DNA of 64,000 nucleotides from Candidatus Helarchaeota archaeon (GTDB taxonomy: Archaea > Asgardarchaeota > Lokiarchaeia > Helarchaeales > RDOG01): positions 279,436 to 343,435 of the forward strand of contig JAHPZH010000001.1 of the NCBI GenBank assembly GCA_019058315.1, in the 5' to 3' direction. The notes beneath the pieces were generated by a model. It did not search any database and was not told where the DNA came from. It worked only from the letters and a program-made list of their open reading frames with translations. The position numbers were made by a program, and so were the translations under genes. Positions 60,841-64,000 of the stretch are shown in pieces (the stretch's first letter is position 1; every line of letters starts with the position of its first letter).

Positions 60841-63219
60841 TTGAAACGAGAGCAAAAGAAAAAGCAACTTCTTGAAGAACTTAGCAAGTCTTTGCCTCAA
60901 TTAGAAGGCACTATTGCTGTAAAAGGATTGGAAAAAGAAGTTAGAATATTAAGGGATAAATGGGGAGTCCCTCATATATTTGCTGAAAATAATCAGGATC
61001 TTTTTTTTGCACAGGGGTATACTCATGCCCAAGATAGATTATGGCAAATGGAATTTTTTCGATTCTTATCATCAGGTAGACTTTGTGAATTAGTCGGAAC
61101 ACTCACATTAGATCTTGATATTTTCGCTCGCACTTTGGGTTTACGTCGAGCTGCTGAAAAAGAATTGGAGCTCGTAAAGGAAAAGGGGGATCCAAGAATA
61201 ACCGAAATGATGGAGGCGTATATGGAAGGTGTGAATGAGTATATCAAAACTCATCAAGATGATTTACCCCCTGAATTTTCTATCGTAAATCATAAGCCGG
61301 AACCATTTACTGCTTTAGATTTAGTTACATTTTCTAAGTTTTTGACATTTTTATTAAACGGAAATATGGGCTTAGAGTTATTAAGGGCTCAATTAATGGC
61401 AAAATTAGGTGCAAAAAGGACAAAACAACTCATGCCTTTTATTTCGGATACCTCCACAACTGTTGTGCCTTCATTGGGTTCTTACACAGATTATATAATG
61501 ATGCGAGATAAATACAAAGAAATTTTTCCATGGACAAGAACTATGGGGAGTAATAATTGGGTAGTAAATGGAAAGAAAACCACAACTGGCAAGCCAATGC
61601 TTGCAAATGATCCCCATTTATTGACTATGATGCCTTCCATATGGTATGAAAATCATCTTGTCAGTGATGAATTGAATTTATATGGAGTAATATTTGCTGG
61701 AGCTCCAGGGATTGTTATAGGGTTTAATGGGACTATTGCTTGGGGATGTACTGTCTGTCCTTGTGATACCCAAGATTGGTATGTAGAAAAAATAAATCCA
61801 AAAAATCCCCACCAATACGAATATAATGGAAAATGGGAAGACGCTGAAGTAGTAGTTGAGAAATTCAATTTAAGTAAGAAGAAAATTGTTGAAAAGGAAA
61901 TCGTAATTACAAGACACGGACCACTTTTCGATTTCATGCTTGTTAGTATGGATCTTCCATTTGAATCCCGAAAAATTGACCGAAAATTAGCTTTAAGGTG
62001 GACTGGACATGATCCAAGTAATACACTTCAAGCATTTCTTGGAGTTTGTTTGTCGAAAAATTGGCAAGAATTTAGGGAAGCACTAAGTAGATTTGGCTAT
62101 GCCTCACAAAATTTTGTGTATGCAGATGTAGAGGGGAACATTGGTTATCAAACTCATGGTAGAATACCAATTAGAAAAAAAGGATCAGGACTTATGCCAG
62201 TTCCAGGATGGACTGACGAATATGAATGGGAAGGTTATATACCATTTGATGAACTGCCATCAGCATTTAATCCACCGACTAATTACTTTGCGACAGCTAA
62301 TAATAAAACAATCGATGATGATTATCCTTATCATATAACTCACGACTGGACTCCTCCTTATAGAGCAAGACGAATTGTCGAATTATTAACTGCAAAAGAA
62401 AAGCTGACAATAGATGATTTCAAAAGAATTCAAGGAGATTCCGTCTCTATCCACGCCCGAGAAAGCCTGCCATTGATGTTAAAGATGAAACCCGAAAATA
62501 AATTGCAGGAAGAAGCTATAAAATATTTAAAAAATTGGGATTTTGACCTTTCAAGAGAAAGCACAGCTGCAGCGATATTTGAAATGTGGTATCACCATTT
62601 GTTAATAAATCTACTAGAAAACATTCTGGGAAAAGAAATTTTAGAAAATTTTTACCTTAAAAAACAAAGTAATAATTATGATGCATTTGGTATTCCACGT
62701 GTGCTACAATATCCTGAAAATTATTGGATTCAAGGTAATTCCAATTCAAATACTGAAAATCTAAGTAAATTATTGAGTAAAAGTCTACAAGATGCACTTG
62801 AGACCCTGCAAAAAATGCTAGGTGAAGATATGAGCTCGTGGGCTTGGGGAAAAATACATATTGCTAATTTCGCTCATCCTCTGGGAATAATTCCGCCATA
62901 CGATCTTGTTCTTAATGTCATGGGCGTACCTACCGCAGGTGATGAAAATACAATAAATAATGGAATATTTAATCCAACCATGGATCCAAAAACGGGTTTT
63001 CATCAAGTAGGACTGCCTAGTACTAGATTTATAATGGATTTGAGTAATTTCTCGAATTCTGTCAACATGCACACCACTGGTCAGTCTGGTCATCCTGCAA
63101 GTAAACATTATAATGATATGTGTTATCCTTGGGCAAATATTGAGTACCATAAAGTGCTATACGATAAAGAATTAATAGAAAAAGAAGCTGAAATGGAACT
63201 GAAATTAGTTCCAAAATAA
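60841..63219 (+). CDS. Penicillin acylase family Ntn-hydrolase (no signal peptide)
   Basis: RDKWGVPHI, AQDRLWQM, GSNNW autoprocessing site, ANDPHL, GQSGHP. Confidence 0.93.
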   Translation: MKREQKKKQLLEELSKSLPQLEGTIAVKGLEKEVRILRDKWGVPHIFAENNQDLFFAQGYTHAQDRLWQMEFFRFLSSGRLCELVGTLTLDLDIFARTLGLRRAAEKELELVKEKGDPRITEMMEAYMEGVNEYIKTHQDDLPPEFSIVNHKPEPFTALDLVTFSKFLTFLLNGNMGLELLRAQLMAKLGAKRTKQLMPFISDTSTTVVPSLGSYTDYIMMRDKYKEIFPWTRTMGSNNWVVNGKKTTTGKPMLANDPHLLTMMPSIWYENHLVSDELNLYGVIFAGAPGIVIGFNGTIAWGCTVCPCDTQDWYVEKINPKNPHQYEYNGKWEDAEVVVEKFNLSKKKIVEKEIVITRHGPLFDFMLVSMDLPFESRKIDRKLALRWTGHDPSNTLQAFLGVCLSKNWQEFREALSRFGYASQNFVYADVEGNIGYQTHGRIPIRKKGSGLMPVPGWTDEYEWEGYIPFDELPSAFNPPTNYFATANNKTIDDDYPYHITHDWTPPYRARRIVELLTAKEKLTIDDFKRIQGDSVSIHARESLPLMLKMKPENKLQEEAIKYLKNWDFDLSRESTAAAIFEMWYHHLLINLLENILGKEILENFYLKKQSNNYDAFGIPRVLQYPENYWIQGNSNSNTENLSKLLSKSLQDALETLQKMLGEDMSSWAWGKIHIANFAHPLGIIPPYDLVLNVMGVPTAGDENTINNGIFNPTMDPKTGFHQVGLPSTRFIMDLSNFSNSVNMHTTGQSGHPASKHYNDMCYPWANIEYHKVLYDKELIEKEAEMELKLVPK

Positions 63220-63224
63220 TGCTT

Positions 63225-64000
63225 TTATTTTTTTGAAGCCGATGTACTTCCTATTTTTTTATTAATCACGCTGATTTGGTTATTAAGGGTGTTAATTTTT
63301 CTTCTAAAGAGAACAATAGTTATTATAAATGCCACTCCAATGCCAATAATAATTCCTAGACCAACGGTTGATAATAAAAGAGTATCAGCATCCCCTTGAC
63401 TCATAATAAAAACAGGTTGTGATTCTGTAGGAGATGGTTCACTTGGCGGAGAAAGTGGTTTATAAAGACCTGTGTTATTGTTATCATGGTGAAACTTAGG
63501 CCAAGGATAGAGATGCTCCTCGTAAACGCCTTTTTCATTCAAGGCATAAATGTATCCATCATCTGACCCAATAACAATCTCCACCCTTCCATCACCATCA
63601 AGGTCGCCAAGAGCAGGGGAAGAAAATACACCACTCCCTGTCTGTACGGGCCACCCCGTCACATTCGTCCCATCAGCGTTCAATGCCCAAATTTTATCAT
63701 CATAGGATCCAACCACGACCTCCAGATCACCGTCCCCATCAATATCCCCTAGAGCAGGGGAAGAATCTATATCGCCCCCTGTCTGTACAGGCCAACCCGT
63801 CACATTCGTCCCATCAGCGTTCAATGCCCAAATTTTATCATCATAGGATCCAACCACGACCTCCAGATCACCGTCCCCATCAATATCCCCTAGAGCAGGG
63901 GAAGAATCTATATCGCCCCCTGTCTGTACAGGCCAACCCGTCACATTCGTCCCATCAGCGTTCAATGCCCAAATTTTATCATCATAGGATCCAACCACGA
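63225..64000 (-). CDS. FG-GAP/VCBS-repeat surface protein with C-terminal TM (partial; 5-prime end beyond window)
   Basis: SSPALGDIDGDGDLEVVVGS Ca-binding repeats, WPKFHHD..NTG closure, Pro/Ser linker, TM. Confidence 0.9.
   Translation of the reverse strand, partial: VVGSYDDKIWALNADGTNVTGWPVQTGGDIDSSPALGDIDGDGDLEVVVGSYDDKIWALNADGTNVTGWPVQTGGDIDSSPALGDIDGDGDLEVVVGSYDDKIWALNADGTNVTGWPVQTGSGVFSSPALGDLDGDGRVEIVIGSDDGYIYALNEKGVYEEHLYPWPKFHHDNNNTGLYKPLSPPSEPSPTESQPVFIMSQGDADTLLLSTVGLGIIIGIGVAFIITIVLFRRKINTLNNQISVINKKIGSTSASKK
63638..64000. repeat. Near-perfect 141-bp tandem repeat (47 aa), at least 2.5 copies
   Basis: cataggatccaaccacga at 63701, 63842 and 63983; only two synonymous differences seen, in the gene-distal copy. 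Confidence 0.95.

Noticed and set aside
63638-64000. Possible CRISPR array
   Set aside because: Units are contiguous 141-bp in-frame coding repeats without unique spacers; no cas genes.

Overview
AT-rich, gene-dense archaeal chromosomal segment. It is most consistent with an Asgard archaeon (Loki/Hel-like), based on a Rag/Gtr-like small GTPase with a roadblock-like tail, a helical-repeat protein ending in the Asgard longin-like domain, many TPR, WD40 and SDS22-like LRR proteins, a PAC2 chaperone and frequent TTG starts. Metabolic genes include a non-pyrrolysine MttB, CooC, a URO-D/MtaA-family protein, HdrD-like and DUF362 Fe-S proteins, GlpD, an acyl-CoA ligase, several hydrolases and an ABC exporter. 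I saw no rRNA, tRNA, CRISPR array or transposase. The most striking locus is 32198-37125: a GNAT gene, a 914-aa Lrp/RAM-fused, insertion-expanded DapF-type two-cysteine epimerase with altered substrate residues, and an abutting, strongly diverged EF-1alpha paralog with a coiled-coil insert and the catalytic His replaced. It is followed by two head-to-head LRR genes, one with a duplicated nine-repeat cassette. Other notable items are a candidate shared C-terminal sorting signal with an orphan copy, a GG-capped ubiquitin-like protein and near-perfect GC-rich 141-bp repeats at the window end. All family assignments come from motif recognition by eye; no searches were run.
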